Below are positions 1 to 10,230 of a stretch of DNA of 37,021 bases, one piece after another. Below the pieces are notes generated by a model that searched no databases, was not told the DNA's origin, and saw nothing but the letters and a program-made list of their open reading frames with translations. Origin of the DNA: Folioceros fuciformis (taxonomy: Eukaryota); assembly GCA_049999805.1 (NCBI GenBank), contig JBNGIO010004566.1, positions 1-37,021 of the forward strand. Reading direction: 5' to 3'. How positions within the stretch are numbered: position 1 is the stretch's first letter; each line of letters starts with the position of its first letter. Position numbers and translations under genes: made by a program.

Positions 1-278
1 TGCTGATGCGGTCGGAGTTGCTGGAGCCGCTGCAGGCTTTGCGGCGCAGTGTGGAGATATTGAACGCCTATTCGTGCGCTATCCTACAGGCGGAGGCGGA
101 GCTCCCGGCCGCATGGGATTCCCCAGCTGTCGACTCCGCGGTCCGCCGCCATGTGCTGGCTCTCAAGGAGATGGTCTGCGGGCATTTCTACCTGTGCAAT
201 GGGTCCTTGCCGAACCGCTACCGCTGGCCAGATTTCTCGACTTCCAACAGTCTTGCCAACAACATAGCTGCGGGCTAG
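1..278 (+). CDS. 5'-partial ORF, probable C-terminus of a microbial-type class I terpene synthase-like protein (MTPSL)
   Basis: GC-rich frame open from the window edge: LMRSELLEPLQALRRSVEILN...EAELP...VRRHVLALKEMVCGHFYLCNGSLPNRY. This resembles the last helices of microbial terpene cyclases (LM...xLQxA...; VxxYVxxLxxWxxG..W.....RY). The metal-binding DDxxD/NSE motifs would lie outside the window, so the call is by eye only. Confidence 0.5.
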   Translation, partial: LMRSELLEPLQALRRSVEILNAYSCAILQAEAELPAAWDSPAVDSAVRRHVLALKEMVCGHFYLCNGSLPNRYRWPDFSTSNSLANNIAAG

Positions 279-583
279 CCACGCTGGTCTGCGATGGATC
301 TAGCTTCTGGCTTTAGCTGAATGTAAGCGAAATGGAGAACGGAGAAGCTAGGAGCGTGAGCGCAGAAGAACAATTTGAACAGAATGAATGGTTCGGGTCT
401 GTCTGGTTTGCGTTCGGAAGCGTTTGAACAAGCACAAGCGTATGCGCAGTCTTCGTGCGACAAGGCGAGGGAGCCGCACAAACTGAAAGCCGATTGAAAA
501 CATATATGGTTGGCATAGTTTGTTCCATACATATGAGAAACAAGTGGCCATTGGTCCAGGACCTGCATCCGCCACAAGTCCAT

Positions 584-773
584 GTACATGTTTCTTCTTT
601 GAATTGAGTAAATGTAATGACGTATATGTTTCTTGCTTGAATTGAGTAAATGTATTGATGTATATGTTTCTTGCTTGAATTGAGTAAATGTATTGATGTA
701 TATGTTTCTTCCTTGAATTGAGTAAATGTATTGACGTATATGTTTCTTTTTCTTCCGTGAATGGAGTAAATGA
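584..773. repeat. 38-bp AT-rich minisatellite, about 5 copies
   Basis: Unit gaattgagtaaatgtattgatgtatatgtttcttgctt starts at 601, 639, 677 and 715, with partial copies on both sides. Confidence 0.92.
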
Positions 774-1209
774 TGTTTGCAAAGAGGATTCACTTTGGAG
801 AGCCAAAAGTGTTTGAGTACTTACAGTTAGTACTTTAAAAGTACTTATAATTTGTACTTTATAAGTATAAATTGATAACATAGATTAATCCAAAAAAATC
901 AAGAGACTGTACAAGACACCCTCTAAGTTGGAGAGACACCTCTTCAAACAAGCTACATTAGTTTGAAGACAAACTCTACATTGAGGCTTGTTTGCTTTGA
1001 AGCCTTGTGGGCATCCAGCTACAAAATGTGGAATTATTGATGACAGCTTATATTCAGTTGGTGACCTCAATTGGAGACATAATATCCTCTGGTTGGGAAT
1101 ACAAGCAAGAACTACTTACATGAACCCCTTGAGTCCCCAACAAAATATGGAGGTGCAATTGGTGGCATTACGTTGGAGGAGTCATAGTTAGCATTGGTTC
1201 CATGAAGTA

Positions 1210-1430
1210 CTAGCACTCAGTACTTTTCCCTCGTCCTAGTACTTTTCCCTTGTCACTTCTAAGAATGGAATATCTAGTACTATATCTAGTACTTTTTCCT
1301 TGTCACTTCTAAGAATGGGATATCTAGTACTTTTCCCTTGTCACNNNNNNNNNNCCTTGTCACTTCTAAGAATGGGATATCTAGTACTTTTCCCTTGTCA
1401 CTTCTAAGAATGGGATATCTAGTACTTGTA
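1210..1430. repeat. Second, unrelated 38-bp minisatellite containing a 10-N gap (1345-1354)
   Basis: Unit ctagtacttttcccttgtcacttctaagaatgggatat recurs near 1237, 1287, 1325, 1381 and 1419. Derived tcacttctaacaacaaacct copies follow at about 1447 and 1493. Confidence 0.9.
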
Positions 1431-1707
1431 GCTTGTTTGAAGGGTTCACTTCTAACAACAAACCTATGGTACATGATGTACTTTTCCATTGTCACTTCTA
1501 ACAACAAACCTTTGATGTTGTGTAAATCATCTTTGAGTCGGAAAGCCTCGAGATATCTTATGTCGAGAGAGAGCTTTTTATTTCTCTTTCAATGTGCTTT
1601 AGGTGTCCTAAGGCTACCTCACTACAACCTACTTCCCCAAGCAACTATCGTGGTGGTAGAACAATTTTTCGCCCTTTCTTACAAATTTGCTGTGTTGGGG
1701 TACAACT

Positions 1708-2657
1708 TTAGTTGCTGCTTTGGACAATCGTAAACCTTTCGTCACCAAAGACTAATGTATACTCATGTGCTCCCTTCAGTGTTTCCTTCCGGACCTCATA
1801 GAGAGCAGCCAACAAGTCGCAGACCCAGCCAGCGATAGCTCCTATAATAAGGTCAATAGTATAGTGGCCTCTACTTCCAAGCATGCGTATGCATTGCAAG
1901 AAATTAAGGGCGTCGACGATGGTTGCTATACGCCGCCGTCTCATCCTCTTCAGATCCAGTGACGCGATTACGGCTCCAGCAACGTGACCTGAGAAGAAGA
2001 AAAAGAAGGAAACACATCCTACTGGGAAGTCCACTGTCGATGCGATGAACTCCTGCCGGACAGACAACTCGCCTTTACAAAACAAACTCGTTTCGAATAA
2101 GTGAACATTAACCAACCAGCATGGGGCGCGGGGGCGCTTACTTTAGGAATCGGCAACCGCGTAGTGGACCCCAGGACGCCTCGACTGGTGTACAGCAAGA
2201 GACAGGCTGTGCATGCTCGCCGTCTTCCCTCCAAGAAGAATGTAGACGCGATGTAGCCGATTTGGAAAAGAACGAACATCTACAACCACATACTAGCCTG
2301 TTAGCATCCTGCATACTCGACTCCGCTTCTGGCAAACGTTGCAACGGATGAAAGGAAGCTCAGAGAAGAGAATTCAAACTGCCAGACCGTGTTGAGAGCA
2401 GCGAGGAAATGGTGGAAAGCGAGGTGGTCGTTCAGGAATTGATATACAGGCGTCGTGAACAGAAATCCAAGGTCAAGAGGCTCATGACCAGTCTTCACCA
2501 TGCGCAAGCCGTACTCCACTTTCATGAACAAGACGAAATTCAAGCTGAGCAGAACCAGGAGCGGATGATCCCGCAGTGCCTGCACCAAGCTCTGCACTGT
2601 CCAGTGCCTGCAAGACCATCCGAGGGAGGTAACTTGCAATTTGGTATTCGGGTCCAT
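1708..2657 (-). CDS. ROD1: Phosphatidylcholine:diacylglycerol cholinephosphotransferase (PDCT/ROD1); exons 2657-2388, 2279-2142, 2052-1708
   Basis: Motifs VEYGLRM...EPLDLGF...LAALNT, EGRRRA...RGVLGSTTRLPIP, VDFPVG.VSFFFFFSGHVAG...SLD and RMLGSRGHYTIDL match plant PDCT. Two phase-0 GT-AG introns join the exons in frame. The start could be a slightly upstream in-frame ATG. Confidence 0.93.
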
Positions 2658-3481
2658 GTTCTTCCCCTGTCGATCTAGGTCTCTGTGCATTGAGGGTGAC
2701 AAAGAAGCCGTCATGCTGCTCCCAAAAGCGCACTCTGTTTCAACCAGATGAAACATGCACCTCACAGCGCTCACAGCTTGCAAGCACCGCGCTCCGAAAG
2801 TACTCAGCCGACGGGCAGTTCTAGCCATCTCCGGGATCCTTCGAATCGTACAGCTTACATGCTTTTAATGACCTGGTCTGTGACGTGTGCGGCTGTCCAG
2901 AACCTACTTTAGAGCCATCGACCCGACACTCAGGATCTGCAAAAATTAGTGGCCAGGAGGAACCCGGGATGCGCGGGCACAAACCCAAGACTAACTGCTG
3001 TATGGACCGCGAGAAGCGACGGGAGGCGTCGGTCCATGCGCAAAACCAGTGAGCGAGTGGTCAAGACATCACAAGCACGCCTTCCTAAAACTCAAACCGA
3101 GGTACGGCCCGGCCTGCCCGGCGCTTATGCCATGCAGCTTGAAGAACAATTCTCAATGAACGAGCTAGAGTCCGGACCCTCCAATCAAGCTGACTCGGAT
3201 CCACTTCATCATTCTCCATCGGTCAGGACGCAAACCTTTCCACACATGTACGCAACTTGATGGCAGCTTTCACAAGGATGCTGAGGCGGCTGGGCAGTCT
3301 CCAATTCATTGATGTGCTGATTGGAGGGTCCGTAGAACAAGGAACAGTTATTCCTCCCCCAAGGACAGTTTATCATGGTAAGAGCTTTCTCATGTTGGTT
3401 GGAAGAGGAGAGGTTACGCATATGGCGTGCAAGGTGATGGTTCATGAGATATACTCAGATATGACAAGTCAGAAGATGATG

Positions 3482-5691
3482 CTACACTTGTCTGTACCCG
3501 TGCTTTTCAAGGAGTAGGCCCACTTTGTCCAGCAGGGCATAGAGCTCTTCGCTGTCTGCGTGCTGGTAGTCACCAACCAAAAAGCTATGCACTTTCTGAT
3601 CATGCTCGATCCAGCTCCGGCCAGGTTTCTTCCAAGCAAAATCCTTTTGTCTCAAAGCATGTACCTCGAGGGCACTGTCCAGAAGTCCAGCATCTGCATA
3701 TATGTGCGACATCACGACATATGGGGCAGCATTAGTAGGCTCTAAATGCACGGCACTTTCGAACGCCATCTCTCCTACCACAACGTTGCCGTGCTTCCGA
3801 CAGGCACCCAGCAAACACAGCCACAGGGCCAGGTCAGGCTCTACTGGCATTCCTGACAACAAATCTTCTATCTTTGTGAAGCATCCTGCACGCCCTAACA
3901 GGTCCACCATGCTCACATAATGCTCCAGAGCTGGGGTCAACCCATAATCTCTGCTCATAGAATTGAAATACTCAATACCTTTGTCGATCAGGCCGGCATG
4001 ACTGCATGCTGATAGAAGTGACAAGAACGTCACATCATCCGGCTGGATCCCGGTTTGCTGCATTCTCTCATAGCATTGCAAAGCTTCTTGACCAAGCCCG
4101 TGGTGAGCATATCCGGCAATCATAGTGGTCCAAGTTACCGTATCTTTAGAAGGCAGTCTGTCAAATACTCTGTTGGCCTCTTCTAAGCTCCCACATTTGG
4201 AATACATGTCCACCAAGCTGCTTCCGACAACCGTAAGGGCTTCCAAACCTTCATCCTGAATTTTGGAATGCACAAGCTTCCCTTGATATAGAGCTCCACT
4301 GCAGGAACATGCGTTCAGAAGGCAAACAAATGTGACATGATCCGCCGCGGACATCCCTTCTCGTTGCATTTGTTCATACAGAGACAGCGATTCTTGAGGC
4401 AGCCCATTCTGAGCATATGCTGAAAGCATCGCATTCCATGTCACCAAATCTTTTGAAGGCAAACAGTCAAACACTTTGCGAGCGTCCTCAAGGTTGCCAC
4501 ATTTTGCATACATGTCGACCAGGCTGCTGCCTACCACCAGACTATGTTCAAATTCTCGTTCCCGTCTGTGGGAGTGGAGCTCCTTGCCCTCATCTAAAGC
4601 TCCAACACTTGCGCATGCTTTCAACAGGCAAGCAAACATGACATCATCAGCCAAACTGACGCTTTCCTGCCGCATTCTTGCATAAAGAGCAAGGGATTCC
4701 TGTCCAAGCCCACGCTGGGCATAGCTCGAAATCATTGCAGTCCATGTCATACTATCCTTCGCAGCTAGACCATCAAACACGGTTCGAGCATCCTCCAGTC
4801 TCCCACATTTGGCGTACATGTTGACCAGGCAGTTCCCCACAAATTTATTAGGCTCAACTCCACTTTGCAAAAGGTCAGCATGAACCTGCCTGCCTGCTGC
4901 CAAATCTGCGGCACTTGTACACGCTTTCAGCACTGCCACGGCCATATAGCTGTCCAGATTGACATTCGACTCTCTCATTTGCTTATATAGCATTATGGCC
5001 TGCAAAGGCTGGCCATGTTCGGTGTGAGCCAATATGATAGACACCCACATGTAACCACTAGGTGCAGTCATCTGCATAAACACCTGCATTGCTTCCTGCA
5101 ACCTCCCATGAGAAGCATACATGCGGATGATATGGTTGGCCAAGAATGTGTTTGCATCAAACCCACTTTTTGCAAGCAGAGAATGAACACGTGTCCCAAG
5201 AACCAAATTCTCCTGTGCGATGCAGCCCTTAAGCACGTGAAAGATGAGGGGTGCGGAAATTGCACACCGTCGCTCAACAAGGCAGTGCAATGCTTCGACA
5301 GCCTCATTGAGCTGTCCTTGGCATAATCTCCTCCACGCTTCAGCTTCAGGTTCTGCGTCACGTCCAGCTCCAGTTTCGATTGAAGCCTGGTGAGATGCTT
5401 TCGTACCCCTGGCAGACCGCAGTGTTCCATGTTGGGACAGACGCCCCAAAGGGTTCCCCGCTACACGTTGCTTGTCTTCCGGATTACCCTGCCACGTTGA
5501 AGAGATTGATGCTCAGATCTGCAGCAGTGACATATGAAACAGATCGCAGGGCATGAAATCACCTCATTCAGCCTGCTGTCCCAACGGGTGCTTGTGGGCT
5601 TGATTACCTGCTGAGCTGCGCCCCGCAGTGACGACAGGCGCCTGCACCCAGTCAAGAACGACAATAGCCGATGCGTGCCACGTTTACTCAT
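3482..5691 (-). CDS. PLS-class PPR protein, E+ type (PPR-A); model 5691-5608 + 5488-3482
   Basis: About 4 P-L-S triplets, then P2-L2-S2, E1/E2 and AWKKPGRSWIE...HSFLVGD, stopping at ...KHGYRQV. An upstream exon MSKRGTHRLLSFLTGCRRLSSLRGAAQQ joins in frame through a 119-nt phase-0 GT-AG intron. Confidence 0.92.
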
Positions 5692-5970
5692 TGGCTTTGC
5701 AGGTCTGCCATCGCCTCCTGATCACGCTCAACCGCAGCACAAGTCTTGCCACAACGAATACAAGTAAAATTACTGAATTTCGACATGAAAGGACGACTCC
5801 ATGAATCTCAGTTGCAGCTCATGCATCTATCCTGCTTTCTGCCTTCACTTGCACAGAAGTTTTGACTGTTCGAATGGCTGAGGTCCAATTTCTTACGGGT
5901 GAGGAATCGGAGAGTGCGGGTGAGCAATCTAAGATTGCAATCACATGGAGCTGGCGCGACTGCTATACAC

Positions 5971-8900
5971 ATGAGGAAAGGTTGTCGGAGGGAGTTTGTG
6001 GTTTTGCGTGGGAGCGTCTGCCGCAGGTTGTCATCGTTGCAGCTCGCAGTGGAGCATCACATACCTTCAACGAGCACGGTGGAGCCCAATGGAGGGCAGG
6101 CTCGGTGGGAGCAGGTTCTGGCAGATCGTTCGCACGGCTGGGAGAACAAGGTAATTCACGTCAGTAAACACAATTGCTTCTCCCAATGGTTCTCTTGTCA
6201 TGGGCAATGTGCTTATGACTTCGTTGCAGACAACTCAAACCTACTGTTGTTTGAGGAACGACGAGAATGTGTGTGAAGGTAGACCTGACAGCTGCTGTAG
6301 GCCTAAAGATGACGACGTTGGGCGGTGCAGGCCACAGCCAGTCAGGTGAGCTGGCTTCTCCTGTTTGCTTGTCCTTCGGCTTTGATGAGACTGGGTAGCA
6401 TTGGGTGTTCAAACTCGTAATGCTGCACCCGCATGCATGGCACACCCAAGCAGTTGCTGTTTTGACAGTCCTCTCAACCTTGAAGGGTGTCAGACTATTC
6501 GTTCAATTTCGAAATTGGAACTTGGGGTGAAGGCATCCAAGAGGGTCAGCTCGTCAAGGCTGTTGCGGCATTGGACTTCCTGGTTCAGCGAGGTTCTTAC
6601 GTGTCAGCATCGTTGTTCCACCAACTACTCAGACGATGCACTGAATGCAAGGATCTGGTTCTTGGCAGAGGTGTTCATGATCTTGCTTTTAAGAGTGGGT
6701 ATGTGTCTTCTGCATTTATGGCCAATCACATCATCCGCATGTATGCGTCCCATGGAAAGCTGCTGGAGGCGACACAGGCATTTTCAGAAGTAGCTGTACC
6801 GGACACGTTCATGTGGGTCTCCCTTATTTCAGCACACAGTAAACGCGGTCGCTTCAGGCAGGCTCTAGATCTGTACAGACAGATGAGAGAAGCGAGCGTT
6901 AATGCAGACAACCACGTATTTATGGCTGTCCTCATTGCATGCGCTGGTGCTGCGGATTTGGCATTGGGGAAGCAGGTCCACGCAGATATTCTGCGGTCTG
7001 CAATTGAACCCGATTTATCTGTTGGCAACTGCTTGGTGGACATGTATGCAAAGTGTGGCAGCCTGGAGGATGCTCACAGGGTCTTTGACAGTTTGTCCTC
7101 AAAAGATGTGGTGACATGGACTACTATGATCTCCGCATTTACTCAGCATGGGCTTGCACAAGAATCCCTCAATCTTTACGCAACTATGCAACAGGGCATT
7201 ATTCCAGCTAATCGTGTTACATTTGTGTGCCTACTAAAAGCATGTGCCGGAATAAGAGCCTTACATGAGGGCAGACGGCTTCATTTCGACATAAAAGAGA
7301 GCGGTCTAGAAGTTGATCCACTCGTGGGCAGCACCCTGGTTGATATGTATGCAAAATGTGGCAGCCTGGATTGTGCTCGTACAGTTTTTGACAGGTTGTC
7401 GACGAGAGATGTTGTCACATGGACCACTATGATTGTCGGATATGCGGAGCATGGCTTTGGTCGAGAGTCGCTCACCCTTTATGCTGTTATGCAGCAAGAG
7501 GGCATCATCACAGCGGACTCTGTTATGTATTGCTGCCTTTTGAAAGCATGTGGTAGCATTGCAGCCCTACAGGAGGGTAAGAAGATTCATGCCCAAATGC
7601 ATGAAAGTGATATCGACATTGACGTGGTTATGGGAAATTGCCTGGTTGACATGTATGCAAAATGTGGCAGCTTGGAGGATGCTCGCATGGTGTTTGACAG
7701 TTTGACCACAAAAGATGTAAGTTTATGGACTACTATGATTTCAACTTACTGTCAGCATGGACTTGGTGTAGAATCTCTCCATCTGTATAGAAGAATGCAG
7801 CAGGAAGGTATCTGCCTTTCAGATAACGTCGCGTGTGCCTGCCTTTTAAAAGTGTGTGCTAGCATTGGAGCTTTACATGAGGGGATGGAGCTTCATTCCC
7901 AGATAGAGAAACGAGGTCTGGAAGCTGACATTGTCATTAGCAATGCTCTTGTCGATATGTATGGAAAATGTGGGAGCATTGGCAAGGCTCGCCGAGTATT
8001 TGATAATCTACCTTCGAAAGATGTTGTGACATGGAATTCAATGCTTGTGGGATACGCGGAACACGGGTTTGCCCGAGAATCCCTTGCTCTCCATGCAAGT
8101 ATGCAGGAAGAGGGCATCACTTGTGCTGACACTGTTACTTTTGTGTCTCTCCTGAAAGCATGTGGCAGCATTGGAGCTCTACATCAAGGGAAGAATATTC
8201 ATTCTCAGATCCAGGTTCTAGGGCTGGAAAGAGAGCCGGCTGTTGGCAGCAGCTTGGTGGACATGTATGCAAGCTGTGGGAGCTTAGAGGATGCTCGCAC
8301 AGTATTTGATCAATTGCCTCAGAAGGATGTGGTGACCTGGACTGCCATGATTGCTGGGTACGCTCAGCAAGGTCTTGGTCATGAGTCACTTCATCTGTAT
8401 GCAGAAATGCAGAGGGAGGGTATAACTGTAGCTGATCACGTGACATTTGCCGCCCTTTTGAAGGCTTGTGCGAGTGTTTCAGCTCTTGACAAAGGAAAGC
8501 AGCTTCATTCCCACATCCTGGACCTAGGATTACAGTCTAATCTGGTTATAGGCAACTGCCTGGTGGACATGTATGTGAAATGTGGGAGCGTGGGGGAAGC
8601 TCGTAAAGCATTTGACAGATTGCACACAAGAGATGTGGTGACATGGACTTCGCTAATATCTGGGTATGCTCAGTTTGGTTTTGGTGAAGAAGCGCTTACT
8701 CTATATGCAAAGATGCAAGAGGAGGGTCTAATTCCAGCAGACCACGTTACATTTGGCTGCCTTTTGAAAGCATGTGCTAACAGTGGGGCATTGCACCAGG
8801 GAAAGCAGCTTCATTCTCAAATTCGGGACCTAGGATGGCAAGCTGACCTTTTCCTCAGCAATGGCCTGGTAGACATGTATGCCAAATTTGGCAGCATCGT

Positions 8901-9879
8901 AGAGGCTCGAAAAGTGTTTGACAGTATGCCCAAAAGAGATGTGGTGACATGGACTTCCATGATTGCTTGCTATGCTGAGCAAGGTTTTGCTCAGGATGCC
9001 CTCATGCTATATTCAGGAATGGAACAGGAGAGTGTTTCTCCCGACCATATGACGTTTTCCTGCCTTTTAAAAGCCTGTGCCAGTCTTGGAGAGTTGAGTG
9101 AGGGTAAGAAGCTTCATACTCAGATAAGGAAGCAAGGACTAGAAGGTGATGTGCTTGTTGGCTTGGTGGACATGTACGCAAAATGTGGGAGTTTAGAGGA
9201 CTCTTGCGACGTGTTCAGCAGATTGCCAACAAGGGATGTGCTGTCTTGGAATGCAATGATTGCTGCCTACGCGCAGCATGGGTCTGGTCGGGATGCTGTA
9301 CAATGTTACGGGAAGATGCAGCTGGCGGGTGTCAAGCCTGATAAAGTCACGTTTCTTTCTCTTCTCTGTGCATGCAGCCATGCTGGACTAGTGGATGAAG
9401 GCATTGGTTTCTTCCACTCCATGTGTCGCGAGTACCACATAGCTCCAGAGATGGAGCATTATGTCAGTGTAGTAGACCTTTATGGTCGTGCAGGATGCTT
9501 TGCAAGGGTGGAACATTTAATTTCAACAATGCCAAGTCAGCCAGACCTTGCAATCTGGTTGTGTTTGTTGGGGTCCTGCCGGAAGTATGGAAATGTAGCG
9601 CTGGGAGAGCAGGCGTTTCAATGCGCAGTGTATCTAGAGCCCAAGCACGCTGCAGCTTACGTATTGATGTCACAAATTTATGCTGAGGCAGGGTTTACAG
9701 ACCTTGCCCTAGAAGTGCACGTATTACGACAGAAGGAAGGTGCGTGGAAGATTCCTGGGGAAACCTGGATCAAGCATGGGCAGGAAGTGCACAGATTCGT
9801 AGTAGGAGACAACCTGCACCCAGATTATAAGCAAGTCTATGATCTGTTGGAGGAGTTGAACTTGAGATTGAAGGGTTGA
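5971..9879 (+). CDS. PLS-class PPR protein, E+ type (PPR-B); tentative model 5971-6150, 6230-6345, 6486-9879
   Basis: 1130-aa open frame with about 9 S motifs (DMYAKCGSLEDA...) in P-L-S order, ending AWKIPGETWIK...HRFVVGD. The main exon has no ATG before the conserved region. The upstream exons (MRKGCRR...RRLSSL) are inferred from GT/AG sites and phase. Confidence 0.92.
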
Positions 9880-10230
9880 GGGCGTTCCGTACGAAAACAG
9901 CGCATGGAGTTCGTGTGCACAAGGTGGCTTTACATCTGTGGCAAAGTTTCAAATGCCATCGAGCATTTGGGAGGGACTGCTCAGAAGATCATATTGTCAT
10001 CTGGATCAAATATTGCAGCTGAACTGATAAGGTCCATGCAGTGGAACCACGACCAGTAACAGGATTGATGATAGTAGAGCAGGTAAATGTATTCTGCAGG
10101 TAGATTGCTTGTAGCCCCATGGGCAGCCCCGCACATTTGTCACGCATCATGAAGAAAGTGAGTAGTAATATGGGTGGCCTTCTAGATGACCATAGCCTGG
10201 TTGGTGGCAAACAACTTGACGTGGGTATTT

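Noticed and set aside
275-881. 172-aa and 177-aa minus-strand ORFs with repeated peptides
   Set aside because: They are translations of the 38-bp minisatellite. The unit is not a multiple of 3 and cycles through frames.
584-1430. Repeat arrays superficially like CRISPR
   Set aside because: The units are head-to-tail with no unique spacers, no cas genes are present, and the context is eukaryotic.
3209-3481. Possible DYW remainder downstream of PPR-A (His/Cys-containing 78-aa ORF)
   Set aside because: No HSE or DYW-like alignment. The PPR frame has further stops immediately after the terminator.
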